A program made the position numbers and the translations under genes. Shown one piece after another: positions 14,187-23,893 of a stretch of 37,345 bases of DNA; the first letter of the stretch is position 1; each line of letters opens with the position of its first letter. The stretch comes from an uncultured bacterium (GTDB taxonomy: Bacteria > Chlamydiota > Chlamydiia > Chlamydiales > Rhabdochlamydiaceae), in NCBI GenBank assembly GCA_964516795.1, contig CAZEYJ010000201.1:1-37345 (forward strand), in the 5' to 3' direction. The notes under the pieces are model-generated. The model searched no databases. It had not been told where the DNA came from and saw nothing but the letters and a program-made list of their open reading frames with translations.

Positions 14187-15443
14187 TTATTTTTTTTCGG
14201 GGATTTCCAACTGCTTTCCAACCCTGAGCCGTTCCGACTCAAGACGGTTGGTCTTCATGATCTCTTCGATCGAGACTTGGTATTTTCTGGCGATCTTCCA
14301 AAGACTCTCGCCTGCTTGAACGATGTGGACCTTCTTTTTGGGCTCGGGAGCCGCCTCTTTTTTCAGCAGAGGCGGAGACTGGGCCAAAACAGGTTTAGGC
14401 TGCACTTGAGGCTGAACGGCCTGAGGAACAAAGCGGGCCAGCGCTTGAGCATGATCATAGGGTTCCGGAAGAGCCTCTCCCGAAAAGCTATACAAAAGGC
14501 TTGCAGCTTTTTTCCAGACTGCATCGGTCCTAGGCGATGTGAGAAGCTCTTTTGCCAGAAGCTCAAGCTCCGGCGTTGCTTCGTGGACGAGATCAAACAT
14601 CACAAGGATCTGATCGTCGCCAAGATTTTTTACCGCAAATTCAAGGTCTGTTTTCAACAGCAGTTCTGCGGCAAGAGACGAGTGATTGTTCAAATACTGG
14701 AGCAAAAAATCCCTTCTGCGCTCAGGAGAGAGATCGAGCGCCTGCCTCTGAGAAGCGGCCAACTCGGCAAGGCTCTTCCATTCTCCTTGGCATAGGAGAT
14801 CGACCAATTTTTCAAAAGGTAAAGGCTGGCCCGATTTGGCAAACAGGGTCTGTGCCGCGTGAAACTCAGAAGAGAGATAAAAAGCCTCTAATAAATTCAG
14901 ATCATATGGGAGCGCTGAGCGCTTAATCTCGTAAAAAAGTCCCTGGCTGGTCAACGGCCACTTTTCCGTGCGGGCATACTGAACAATAGCTTGAAACTGG
15001 AAATCGGCAAGGCCGGGATAAACCCCCACATCAATGCTCTCTGAGCCGTCGGGATGGCTGAGCGAAATGAGCCGCTTTTGCAAATTGATCCCCCCTAAAG
15101 CTTTTTCCAAATTGAAATGGTGGAAAGCAACTAAGCAAGCTAGGGCCAAATCTCTTTTCGTAAGCCCCTCCTCTGCAAGCTCCTTGTTTTCCAGCCGCAA
15201 AAGAAGTTCCTGGTAAGGAAGCAAAGAGTAGGAACGCAAAAGCTGTTCGTTAGACCCATGCGATGCTCCCTGCTCCTTGACCACAGGCTTTAATTCAATG
15301 GAGAGCGACTGCTGCTTCTCTTGAAGAACAAAGTAGATAAACGTCGCTAATAAGCCGACGTTCAGGGTTCCGCTGATAATGAGGGCCTGTGTCAGCCACT
15401 TTGTCCGCTGAATCCAAGGTTTTTCCGATGATTGGGAGCTCAT
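14187..15443 (-). CDS. Membrane-anchored protein with a C-terminal LysM peptidoglycan-binding domain
   Basis: 418 aa. The N-terminal TM is LTQALIISGTLNVGLLATFIYFVL. The C-terminal LysM reads VHIVQAGESLWKIARKYQVSIEEIMKTNRLESERLRVGKQLEIP and is preceded by a Pro/Gln-rich linker. Confidence 0.8.
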   Translation of the reverse strand: MSSQSSEKPWIQRTKWLTQALIISGTLNVGLLATFIYFVLQEKQQSLSIELKPVVKEQGASHGSNEQLLRSYSLLPYQELLLRLENKELAEEGLTKRDLALACLVAFHHFNLEKALGGINLQKRLISLSHPDGSESIDVGVYPGLADFQFQAIVQYARTEKWPLTSQGLFYEIKRSALPYDLNLLEAFYLSSEFHAAQTLFAKSGQPLPFEKLVDLLCQGEWKSLAELAASQRQALDLSPERRRDFLLQYLNNHSSLAAELLLKTDLEFAVKNLGDDQILVMFDLVHEATPELELLAKELLTSPRTDAVWKKAASLLYSFSGEALPEPYDHAQALARFVPQAVQPQVQPKPVLAQSPPLLKKEAAPEPKKKVHIVQAGESLWKIARKYQVSIEEIMKTNRLESERLRVGKQLEIPEKK

Positions 15444-15523
15444 AATTTTCTTTTCTAGGATATGAGGAATTTGATATCCTCAGCGTATCTTCTAATCCTA
15501 AATTTTTCCAGAGATTTATCACC

Positions 15524-17914
15524 ATGAAAGTTCCCTTATCTTGGTTAAAAGATTTTTTAAAAATCGACCTTACGCCTCAACAAGTAGCTGAAGCGCTTAC
15601 ATTGGCCGGCCTGGAGGTCGAAGGAATCGAGACAACCGCGCTTAATTTTTCAGGAGTTGTCGTCGGATCGGTCACTGCTGTCGCCCCCCATCCGAATGCA
15701 GACAGGCTCCAAGTTGCAACCGTTTCCGACGGCGTCGAATCTTTTCAGGTCGTCTGCGGCGATCCTAAATGCCGAGCCGGAATGAAAACCGCCTTTGCCA
15801 AAATAGGGGCCGTCTTAAAAGACGACTCGGGAAAAGAATTTAAAATCAAACACTGCAAGCTGCGCGATATCGACTCATTCGGGATGCTATGCTCCGGCCC
15901 GGAGCTTGGGCTACAGGACAAAAATGATGGGATCTTAGACCTTCCTCAAACGTGGGAAACGGGACAGCCCCTCAACTCCTTCTACTCTGACACGATTTTC
16001 GAAATCTCCTTGACGCCTAACTTGGGCCACTGCATGAGCATCTACGGCATTGCCCGGGAATTATCAGCCATCCTCAACCTTCCGCTCAAACAGCCTGATT
16101 CCTGCGTACAAGAAACAGGCAATCCCATAGAACAAACCGTGCGCGTTTCCCTGGTCGATAAACGGCAATGCCTCCGCTATAGCTGCCGACTCATCCATGA
16201 CATTCAGGTCGGACCTTCTCCCGAATGGTTGAAAAACCGGCTCGAATCGGCCGGAGTGCGCAGCATCAACACCATCGTCGACATCGGCAACTATGTCATG
16301 TTGGAACTTGGTCAGCCATTGCATCTCTTCGACGCCGACAAGATCGACCAAAACCATTTGATCATCACATCGCAAACTCAATTCTCCTCGCTTGAAACCC
16401 TCGATCAGGTCACACGGGAAATCCCTCCTGAGTCGCTGCTCATTTGCGACCCGTCCAAACCGCTTGCCTTTGCGGGGATCATGGGAGGAAGCAGCTCTGC
16501 CGTGACGGAACAGACTCGCTCGATCCTCATCGAGGCTGCGGTCTTTACTCCCCAGTCGATTAGAAAAACCTCCAAACTCCTTGGCCTGCGGACCGATTCC
16601 TCTCAGCGATTTGAAAAAGGGATCGATCCCAATGCCACAGTGGCCGCTCTAAACCGCGCCGCCTTCCTCGTGCAGCAACTGGCAGGAGGAACAGTAGCCA
16701 AAGGGATCATCGACGATAAGGCCCATGAGTTCGAGCCGAAAAAAATCACTTGCAGGGTCAATCGGGCAAACCAGATCCTCGGCACCCAGCTAAGCTTAAG
16801 CGAAATTGAAGAGATCTTCAAAAGGCTAGGGTTCGCGATCGTCTCAGAAGAGGCTCAAAGCTTCACCCTCGCCGTTCCCACATTCCGCAATGACATCACT
16901 CGCGAGATCGATCTGATCGAGGAGATCGCACGCATTTACGGATACAATAACATTCCGAGATGCCCGCCGCGCCATACCGCCTCGACAATTTTGCCGGCCC
17001 CTATGTACATGATGGAAAAAAGAGCGCGGGAACGGCTCATTGCAGAAGGGCTTCAGGAATGCGTCACTTGCGACCTGATCAGCCCCGAACAAGCCGAAAT
17101 GGGGATGGAAAATGCCTTGTCCAAACAATCCCTGATCTCCGTCCTCTCCCCAAGCTCGATCGACCAATCTGTCCTGAGGACATCATTGCTTCCCGGACTC
17201 CTTCATGTTGTGAAATACAATCGAGATCATTCCAACGACCATCTTTCCCTTTTTGAGATCGGGAGGATCCATTTCAAAGAAGGAGATGCGTTCAAGGAAT
17301 TTTCAACGGCGGCGGTCATCTTGACAGGTAGAGCCTCCCCGTACCACTGGGACCCTAAGCCCCGCGAAGTCGATTTTTTCGATCTCAAAGGCATCATCGA
17401 AAACTTCCTGATGGGCTTCCATATCGGGACAGTTGAATTCCCCCCCTCCCATCTGCACAGCTTCCATCCCGGCCGTCAGGCAAGCATCAAAGCCGGCCAT
17501 CAAACAATCGGGGTTCTTGGAGAGGTCCATCCAAATCACATCCAGAAACTTGACATCGGGCAAAAAGTCTATTTTGCCGAGATCAACCTGCATGATGTGC
17601 TGCAACTGATGCCTAAGCAAAGCCAAGAAGCGGCGATCAATCCATTTCCCGGCTCTGAACGAGACTGGACTGTGACGGTTCCCGACGAAGCCCCAATTGC
17701 AAAACTGCTTAGCATCATCGAAAAAATCCGATCGCCCCTTCTTGAGAAAGTCTATCTTTTAGATCTTTACAAAAGCGAGCAAATCGGCCAAGATAAGAAG
17801 AATGTTACATTCCGGTTCCTTTATCGCGATCAAAAAAAGACGATTGCCTTTGAGACCGTCGAAAAAGAACACGAGCGCCTGACAGAGGCTGCTGCGCAAC
17901 AACTTAAAGTTTAA
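15524..17914 (+). CDS. pheT: Phenylalanine--tRNA ligase beta subunit
   Basis: 796 aa. The N-terminus MKVPLSWLKDFL is followed by a tRNA-binding domain (VVGSVTAVAPHPNADRLQV), the B3/4 and B5 regions, and a C-terminal FDX-ACB-like end (ERDWTVTVP...FRFLYRD). Confidence 0.95.
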   Translation: MKVPLSWLKDFLKIDLTPQQVAEALTLAGLEVEGIETTALNFSGVVVGSVTAVAPHPNADRLQVATVSDGVESFQVVCGDPKCRAGMKTAFAKIGAVLKDDSGKEFKIKHCKLRDIDSFGMLCSGPELGLQDKNDGILDLPQTWETGQPLNSFYSDTIFEISLTPNLGHCMSIYGIARELSAILNLPLKQPDSCVQETGNPIEQTVRVSLVDKRQCLRYSCRLIHDIQVGPSPEWLKNRLESAGVRSINTIVDIGNYVMLELGQPLHLFDADKIDQNHLIITSQTQFSSLETLDQVTREIPPESLLICDPSKPLAFAGIMGGSSSAVTEQTRSILIEAAVFTPQSIRKTSKLLGLRTDSSQRFEKGIDPNATVAALNRAAFLVQQLAGGTVAKGIIDDKAHEFEPKKITCRVNRANQILGTQLSLSEIEEIFKRLGFAIVSEEAQSFTLAVPTFRNDITREIDLIEEIARIYGYNNIPRCPPRHTASTILPAPMYMMEKRARERLIAEGLQECVTCDLISPEQAEMGMENALSKQSLISVLSPSSIDQSVLRTSLLPGLLHVVKYNRDHSNDHLSLFEIGRIHFKEGDAFKEFSTAAVILTGRASPYHWDPKPREVDFFDLKGIIENFLMGFHIGTVEFPPSHLHSFHPGRQASIKAGHQTIGVLGEVHPNHIQKLDIGQKVYFAEINLHDVLQLMPKQSQEAAINPFPGSERDWTVTVPDEAPIAKLLSIIEKIRSPLLEKVYLLDLYKSEQIGQDKKNVTFRFLYRDQKKTIAFETVEKEHERLTEAAAQQLKV

Positions 17915-17933
17915 TTTTGTGTGAGGTTGAACG

Positions 17934-18932
17934 ATGAAGAATAAAGCTTATTCTCTCCTAATGATGGCAGGCCTGTTGGTCGGCGGATGTAATCATGATC
18001 GTCCAAATGATGAAGTGATCTCTCAGCGTTACATTCATAAATACGGTTACGCTGTGTCAAAAGCGGAATGGGACGAGAGGGACTATCCCGGCCAAGTCAT
18101 CACCAATATGCGCAACGGGATCACGGTCACAGCGACCTACGAAGCTGGAAAGCTCCACGGTCCGACGACCTATACATTCCCCCATAGCCAGACCGTCGAA
18201 CATTTCTATCTGTACAACCAAGGGGCAAAAGTCAAAGAGATCCACTATAACCCCATGGGCATGCCGGTGCAAGAGCGGGTCCAGCTATCCCCTTCCCGCC
18301 ATGCAGTCACTATGTGGTATAATGAAGGCTCTCCGCTATTGATAGAAGAGTTTGTTGGAAATGAGTTGCTCGAAGGACAATATTTCACTTCTGACAATGA
18401 GATCGAATCGCGCGTTGAAAAAGGACATGGCGTCCGTATCCAACGCAACGCAAGCGGCCAGCTCCTTGCTAAAGAGCAAATCGAGCAAGGCTTTACAACA
18501 AGGCGAGAGACCTTCCACCCCAACGGCGCCCCTCAATCAATCGCCTTCTTTCAGCAAGGACTTCTACAAGGGGAAAAGCGATCCTTTGCCCCTAGCGGCG
18601 AACCTGTCGCCATTGAAGAATATGTCCAAGGCAAATTGCACGGCGTCTCTACCTACTTCAATAACGGGAACAAATATCTCGAGGTTTCCTATCTCAACGG
18701 ACAGAAGAATGGGATCGAAAGGCACTATGTCGATGGCGATATTCTCACAGAAGAAGTCTCCTGGGAAAACAATCTCCGGCACGGCTCTGCGATCGCCTAT
18801 ATCGATGGGAAAGCCCAGCAGCGCTGGTTCTATGCAGGGGAAGAAGTCAATCAAAGGAAATTTGATGATCTCAACCGCCTTGACCAGATGATTGCACAAA
18901 TTTCCCCTGACGCAAAAGGTCCGCGCAGATAA
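17934..18932 (+). CDS. MORN-repeat-variant (YwqK-like) lipoprotein
   Basis: The signal plus lipobox is MKNKAYSLLMMAGLLVGGC. Repeated units follow: GKLHGPTTYTFPHSQ, GLLQGEKRSFAPSGEP, GKLHGVSTYFNNGNK, GQKNGIERHYVDGD, NLRHGSAIAYIDGK. It lies 20 nt after pheT, with a GAGG Shine-Dalgarno sequence. Confidence 0.8.
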   Translation: MKNKAYSLLMMAGLLVGGCNHDRPNDEVISQRYIHKYGYAVSKAEWDERDYPGQVITNMRNGITVTATYEAGKLHGPTTYTFPHSQTVEHFYLYNQGAKVKEIHYNPMGMPVQERVQLSPSRHAVTMWYNEGSPLLIEEFVGNELLEGQYFTSDNEIESRVEKGHGVRIQRNASGQLLAKEQIEQGFTTRRETFHPNGAPQSIAFFQQGLLQGEKRSFAPSGEPVAIEEYVQGKLHGVSTYFNNGNKYLEVSYLNGQKNGIERHYVDGDILTEEVSWENNLRHGSAIAYIDGKAQQRWFYAGEEVNQRKFDDLNRLDQMIAQISPDAKGPRR

Positions 18933-18936
18933 AAGG

Positions 18937-19097
18937 CTGTTGACGAACTCAGGTTCAGTCGATTTCTCGGTTCTTTTGAGCGAATTTTCGTTTCCTTTTC
19001 TGAAGGCAATATCAACTTCCGCATATTACCCTCAGAAAAAGAAGCGAGAACTCGCTCAAAAGAACCCGAAAACTGACAGAAGCTAATTCTGAAAACG
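18937..19097. repeat. Long imperfect palindrome, member B of the same family as 5789..5970
   Basis: The left arm gtcgatttctcggttcttttgagcgaattttcgtttccttttctgaaggcaatat pairs with the right arm atattaccctcagaaaaagaagcgagaactcgctcaaaagaacccgaaaactgac. The arm and the loop region (aatatcaac..atatta) align closely with element A. Confidence 0.85.
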
Positions 19098-19146
19098 TCC
19101 CCTGAAATAGAATCCAGATTTAAACTTCTCTATGGGGAAATAGAAG

Positions 19147-19641
19147 ATGAACTCTACCCATTTCGTAGAAAAAAAAGGCCCTCCGATCCGCATCGCCTGT
19201 TCCCTTGAAAATGAAAAAGTCGTCAAGACCTCTATTGAACACTACCCCTTCTTTGAAGCTCTGATTGAAGCCGATCCTTTAAGCCTCCAAACAGCAGAAA
19301 TCCTCCTCAACTGGCTCCATCAATTCAGCCGAAAGAAAAAAATCAACGCTTTTCCAATCCAACACCTAGACATAGGGCATCTTTCTTCTTTCCGCAAAGA
19401 GGTCCTTTCTTCCCTTTGTTTAATCCCTTTTGGCGAAGTGGCGAGCTATAAAGAAATCGCCAAACGCATTGGCAATGAAAAAGCCTCCAGGGCCGTTGGC
19501 AACGCCTGCGGCAACAATCCTCTTCCCCTCCTAATCCCTTGCCATCGGGTCATCGCAGGAGATGGATCGCCGGGCGGATTTTCCCTCGACTTCCGCATCA
19601 AACGCGACCTCCTCGCCTTCGAAGCCAGTGCGCCGCTTTAA
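19147..19641 (+). CDS. ogt: Methylated-DNA--protein-cysteine methyltransferase (Ogt/MGMT family)
   Basis: The C-terminal domain has FGEVASYKEIAKRIGNEKASRAVGNACGNNPLPLLIPCHRVI (active-site PCHR). Confidence 0.85.
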   Translation: MNSTHFVEKKGPPIRIACSLENEKVVKTSIEHYPFFEALIEADPLSLQTAEILLNWLHQFSRKKKINAFPIQHLDIGHLSSFRKEVLSSLCLIPFGEVASYKEIAKRIGNEKASRAVGNACGNNPLPLLIPCHRVIAGDGSPGGFSLDFRIKRDLLAFEASAPL

Positions 19642-19886
19642 CGGATCATCGAGACGTCGAGCCTGGAAGGGGCATCGACTCCTTCCTCGACGATGATCTC
19701 TTGGGGTTCAGGATAGACATCGCCGGCAAGATGTTTTCTATCGGGATCTGGACCTGAGGTCCATTCCACCTCTTCCTCATTGTTCACCATATGGTCGTAA
19801 TCGACCTCCTCCTCGTCCTGCTGACTGCCGCAGCCAGCTAATAACAGAGGAAAAACCAAGCATCCCTTTAAGAAGACAGACCTCAT
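19638..19886 (-). CDS. Small acidic lipoprotein (82 aa)
   Basis: MRSVFLKGCLVFPLLLAGCGSQQDEEEV has a canonical LAGC lipobox. The longer track ORF (to 20066) has no signal-peptide logic. The stop overlaps the ogt stop by 4 nt. Confidence 0.5.
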   Translation of the reverse strand: MRSVFLKGCLVFPLLLAGCGSQQDEEEVDYDHMVNNEEEVEWTSGPDPDRKHLAGDVYPEPQEIIVEEGVDAPSRLDVSMIR

Positions 19887-20099
19887 TGCAAAACCTACTT
19901 GATCATTTTGCCCCATTGTACCCCTTTGACCGTTTTTAGCAAGAAAAGGCCATTGCCGTTCTTCAAAAAGATTTTCCCTGGAAGGAATTGCTAAATTCGC
20001 TTTCAAAAAAAAAGCGGGAAGTCGGAGTTTTGCAATTTTCTCCGCGCCTTGGCACGCTTTTGGCATCTATTGTTAATGCTGAAAAAGAGGAGAAATCAA

Positions 20100-20282
20100 A
20101 TGACCAAAGAAGAGCTTCAAAAAAGGGTCTCAGAACTTGAGTCAATGAACGACCAGCTTCTGACGGAGATCCGCTACTTAGATCAATTATTGAGAGAAGT
20201 CGGATTTGAGGAGGGGCTAAAAACCCTCAAATTTGCCGCTAAAGAGCTGATTGAAGAGGACAAAAGAGAAGATCAAGCTTAA
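20100..20282 (+). CDS. Small coiled-coil protein (60 aa), function unknown
   Basis: MTKEELQKRVSELESMNDQLLTEIRYLDQLLREVGFEEGL... has a heptad-like pattern. An AGAGGAG Shine-Dalgarno sequence lies 7 nt upstream of ATG 20100. Confidence 0.5.
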   Translation: MTKEELQKRVSELESMNDQLLTEIRYLDQLLREVGFEEGLKTLKFAAKELIEEDKREDQA

Positions 20283-20351
20283 AGATGAAGTGGCAACACT
20301 CGGGCAAAAACCACCGTTTTTTTTCACAAACCCGAGTTTTTGCAGTTCCTT

Positions 20352-23036
20352 CTAGAGAAGGTCCTTTAGGTCCTCGATAGTCAAGGAAGGCATATCTGCC
20401 TCCATATCGAGGATCCCTTGGGCCAAAGAACGCTTGTGCTCTTTGAGGCGCATCAGCTTTTCTTCGATGCTGAAAGCTGTGATATACCGGCGCGCGATGA
20501 CGCGGTCCGCCCTTCCGACCCGGTGAGCCCGGTCGATCGCCTGGTCCTCAGCAGCCTCATTCCACCAAGGATCATAAAGAAACACATAGTCCGCAGCGGT
20601 GAGGTTCAATCCCACGCCGCCAGCTTTTAAGCTGATCAAAAAAACTTGGGTCTCAGGGTCTTCCTGGAACTGCCGGACGATCGATTCCCTGTCCTTTGTC
20701 GATCCGTCCAAATAGACATGTTTCAACGAGCGGGCTACAATCTCCCTTTGGATCAGATGGAGCATTTGAGTGAACTGGCTATAGACAAGGACCTTTTTTC
20801 CCTCTGCCGCCACCTCTTCAATATCGGCGATGAGCCTCTGCAGCTTTCCGCTGATTGCCAAGGGATCTTCATCCAGCGCCTCTCCGACAAGCCAAGGATG
20901 GGAACAAATCTGCCTCAATCGCAAAATCGCCTCCAGAATCTCCATTCGAGCTGAAGAAGCCCCTTCCAGATCGATCTTTTTCAGCACGCCCATCTGGTTT
21001 TTCCTGACCCAATCTTCATAAAGGCTTCTTTGCCTTTCTTCCATCTCTACCCAGATCTCTTGGGTCACCCTTTCCGGCAAGTCGATCGCCACATCCCGCT
21101 TTTTTCTCCGGAGCAGAAAAGGACATGTCTTCCTTTTAGTCTGCTGCAAATAGCGGGAATCGGAAGCCGCAGCGGCCATCTTTGCGGTAAACTCCCCTCT
21201 TTCTCCTAATAGATCTGGCATGAGAAAATGAAAAAGGGACCAGAGATCTTCCCAGCGGTTTTCGATCGGGGTCCCTGATAGGACAAGCCTCATCTCGGAG
21301 CGGAGCCCAAACACCGCTTGAGCAATCTGGCTATCAGGATTTTTAATCGACTGCCCCTCGTCTAAAACCACCGCCTCATACTCGACCGATTGAAACAGCT
21401 CTTGGTCTTGCCGGAGCAGCGCGTAGGAGGTCAGAATGATCCCGCAAGACCTGAGATGCTCTTGGCTTTGCAGCCTCTCTGGCCCATGATGCACATCAAG
21501 CGGCACACCCGGCAGGAACTTCTCGATCTCCCTTCTCCAATTGAACAACAAAGAGGTCGGGGCGACGACAAGCGTCGGGCTATTCATCTTCAAATGGGAA
21601 AAAAATGCCAAAACCTGGACAGTTTTTCCCAGTCCCATCTCATCGGCAAGCAGACCGCTGAACCCCAGCCGCTTCAAATAACACAGCCAATTAAGCCCCT
21701 GCTGCTGATAGGGAAATAGGTTCCCCTGAAAAGTCGGAAGGGGAAGGACCGGGACAATCGAAACCTCTCCCTTGAGCTGAGAAATCGCATCGGCAAGAGG
21801 AGTTCCTTGAACAACAGATGCCTCGTTGAGCAGCCCTCCTAACAGGCCAAGCTGGTTTTTCTTCATGAGGATCTGCCCGGAAACAACCTCTGCCGAGGCC
21901 AAGCCCCCCAGTTCTTCATCCACCTTGACAGGGTCTATAAGGCCGACTGTTTGAGCATCCAGCATTAAAAACTGCTCGCGTCTGTTAAAAGCCCCGACCA
22001 GATGGGCAAGATCTGCCTCATGAGACTCATAACTGATCTTCCCCTTAACAACGAGGCGCTCGCCCTCCATCCCCAACTCGATCGATTTTCCTTTCTGGCG
22101 CACCACCTGCCTCTCCCGGTGATCGAAGATTTTCCAGCCGACCTCCAAAAGAAACGTCAAACTCTTGGCCACCTTGTCCAGCGGGCAGTAATAACGGCTT
22201 TTATCTGCATATTTAGGAATAAAATCAGTCTCAAGAAGGTCCTTTTCCCAGGTCCTTTCCACTTGAGGCTGACGCCAAGAGACTGGCCTTGGGTCATGGT
22301 AAAGGCATTTGCCCAAAGGGCCATAGTCCATCCACAGATTCGCAAAAGCTCCCGTCCGATCGGTCAACTCTAAAAAAGGGAGAGGTTGAACTGCAGCGCT
22401 CAAAGGCGCCGGTTCAGAAGAAACCCAGCGGCAAGCAGGCGCCCATTCCGGATCATCCTTCCATTCCGCTTGCCATTTCTGCATCTGGGCCAAATCGGCG
22501 CGAAAAGGTTGGGGATAAACTAAAGCATACCATTTTGCCTCGATCTCCCCTGAAAAAGCGTAAAGGGTCCCATGCTTGACGACCAAAGGAGGCTCAGAAA
22601 GGAACAGCCACTGACATTCTTCGAGCCCTCCACTACCGCTAGCGCTTTTCCACTTCCCCTTGAGCTCGACCAGCTCCGCTCCAACTTGACGCGCTTCATA
22701 GTCAAAAGAGAGGGTCGAAAAAGGATCAAAGAACAATTTGGAACGGTTGAAATAAAGTTTCCGCGTCAAGCTTAACCGCTTGATTGCCTCAAGAGCCTTC
22801 TCCGCGCGGACATGAAACTGCGCCAACGCCGGCCTCTCCCCTTGGACCTTGAGATCCTCATTGATCAACCAATGAAGGGCCTCTTTTTCCTGGGGGTCGG
22901 AAGCTGCGAGCAAAAACTGTTTTGCCAACCCTGAAGAAAGAAGCGCCCCTTGGGCCCAGATCTGAACGACCAAAAAAGGTTTTCCCTTTCTCTCTTCAGC
23001 TCCGAGATGGTATGCTAGCTCCTGATACGACACCAT
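20352..23036 (-). CDS. SNF2/SWI2-family helicase (ATP-dependent translocase)
   Basis: 894 aa with motif I LADEMGLGKT, motif II DEGQSIKN, SGTPIENRWEDLWSLFHF, and a helicase-C region SLKAGGVGLNLTAADYVFLYDPWWNEAAEDQAIDRAHRVGR. A long N-terminal domain of about 440 aa has unassigned function. Confidence 0.9.
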   Translation of the reverse strand: MVSYQELAYHLGAEERKGKPFLVVQIWAQGALLSSGLAKQFLLAASDPQEKEALHWLINEDLKVQGERPALAQFHVRAEKALEAIKRLSLTRKLYFNRSKLFFDPFSTLSFDYEARQVGAELVELKGKWKSASGSGGLEECQWLFLSEPPLVVKHGTLYAFSGEIEAKWYALVYPQPFRADLAQMQKWQAEWKDDPEWAPACRWVSSEPAPLSAAVQPLPFLELTDRTGAFANLWMDYGPLGKCLYHDPRPVSWRQPQVERTWEKDLLETDFIPKYADKSRYYCPLDKVAKSLTFLLEVGWKIFDHRERQVVRQKGKSIELGMEGERLVVKGKISYESHEADLAHLVGAFNRREQFLMLDAQTVGLIDPVKVDEELGGLASAEVVSGQILMKKNQLGLLGGLLNEASVVQGTPLADAISQLKGEVSIVPVLPLPTFQGNLFPYQQQGLNWLCYLKRLGFSGLLADEMGLGKTVQVLAFFSHLKMNSPTLVVAPTSLLFNWRREIEKFLPGVPLDVHHGPERLQSQEHLRSCGIILTSYALLRQDQELFQSVEYEAVVLDEGQSIKNPDSQIAQAVFGLRSEMRLVLSGTPIENRWEDLWSLFHFLMPDLLGERGEFTAKMAAAASDSRYLQQTKRKTCPFLLRRKKRDVAIDLPERVTQEIWVEMEERQRSLYEDWVRKNQMGVLKKIDLEGASSARMEILEAILRLRQICSHPWLVGEALDEDPLAISGKLQRLIADIEEVAAEGKKVLVYSQFTQMLHLIQREIVARSLKHVYLDGSTKDRESIVRQFQEDPETQVFLISLKAGGVGLNLTAADYVFLYDPWWNEAAEDQAIDRAHRVGRADRVIARRYITAFSIEEKLMRLKEHKRSLAQGILDMEADMPSLTIEDLKDLL

Positions 23037-23056
23037 GATAAATCCGGTTTTGGTCT

Positions 23057-23893
23057 ATGACAAACAAGCTTAAACTCTGGGATGCTTATCCTCAATGGGA
23101 AGATGCGGAAAAAGCCTGGGATGCCCAAGCTCAGCAAGCAGCCCGCTCCCACCCCCTCAAACAGCTTTCCAGCCTTCCCCAGATGCCGGGAATGACCGCC
23201 GACACCGCCAAACACCTCAAATGGAAAAGCCTCAACTACATCATCAGGCACGATAAAAAAAACATCCTTCCAAAATACTTTTTTAAACACCCTCTCCGCT
23301 ACACCCTTGCCTTCCTCAAATCAGCTCTCCGCAAGGAGTCCTACAGCCGAGACGACGATTTCTTCTTTTACGGATGCCGCGGCTTAAAAGACTTTGAACA
23401 CCTTCTCACAGGTCCAGACACCCTTCTTGTCTTAGGCTTTTCCTACTGCCATAAGCCCCATGAATGCCCCTCTCAACGATTCACACCCGATTGCATCCAC
23501 GATCCCAACCATCCCGTCTGCAGGCAGTGCTTCATCGGCAAGGCGGTCCACGCCGCGCCGCAGCAAGCTACGATTCCCCTGTTCATTCCGACGATCCATT
23601 ATATCGGCGAAAAAATTTTTGAGATCGTCGACAAGAACCCATCAAAACAGGTCCTCTTCCTTATTACCGCTTGTGAAATGACGCTAAAAATGTTCGGCGA
23701 CTGGGGAAACATGGTCAATATCAAAGGGATCGGCGTCCGCCTCGACGGACGGATCTGCAACACGATGAAAGCCTTTGAACTTTCTGAAGCAGGGATCAAA
23801 CCGGGGCTGACCGTCGTCCTGCCCCATACACAGCGCAAAATCCTCTCCCTTCTCAAGAGCCGGAGATCAAATGCTTCCTGCGAAAAGGTTTAG
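23057..23893 (+). CDS. Conserved Cys-rich hypothetical protein (possibly DUF116-like)
   Basis: 278-aa ORF. The Cys cluster FSYCHKPHECPSQRFTPDCIHDPNHPVCRQCFIGK resembles the DUF116 signature as I recall it. The family name is tentative. Confidence 0.55.
   Translation: MTNKLKLWDAYPQWEDAEKAWDAQAQQAARSHPLKQLSSLPQMPGMTADTAKHLKWKSLNYIIRHDKKNILPKYFFKHPLRYTLAFLKSALRKESYSRDDDFFFYGCRGLKDFEHLLTGPDTLLVLGFSYCHKPHECPSQRFTPDCIHDPNHPVCRQCFIGKAVHAAPQQATIPLFIPTIHYIGEKIFEIVDKNPSKQVLFLITACEMTLKMFGDWGNMVNIKGIGVRLDGRICNTMKAFELSEAGIKPGLTVVLPHTQRKILSLLKSRRSNASCEKV

Noticed and set aside
20283-20351. Possible bidirectional terminator between the 60-aa gene and the SNF2 gene (actcggg ... cccgagt followed by ttttt).
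   Set aside because: The stem has only 7 bp and encloses a ~26-nt loop, which is too weak to call without an energy calculation.
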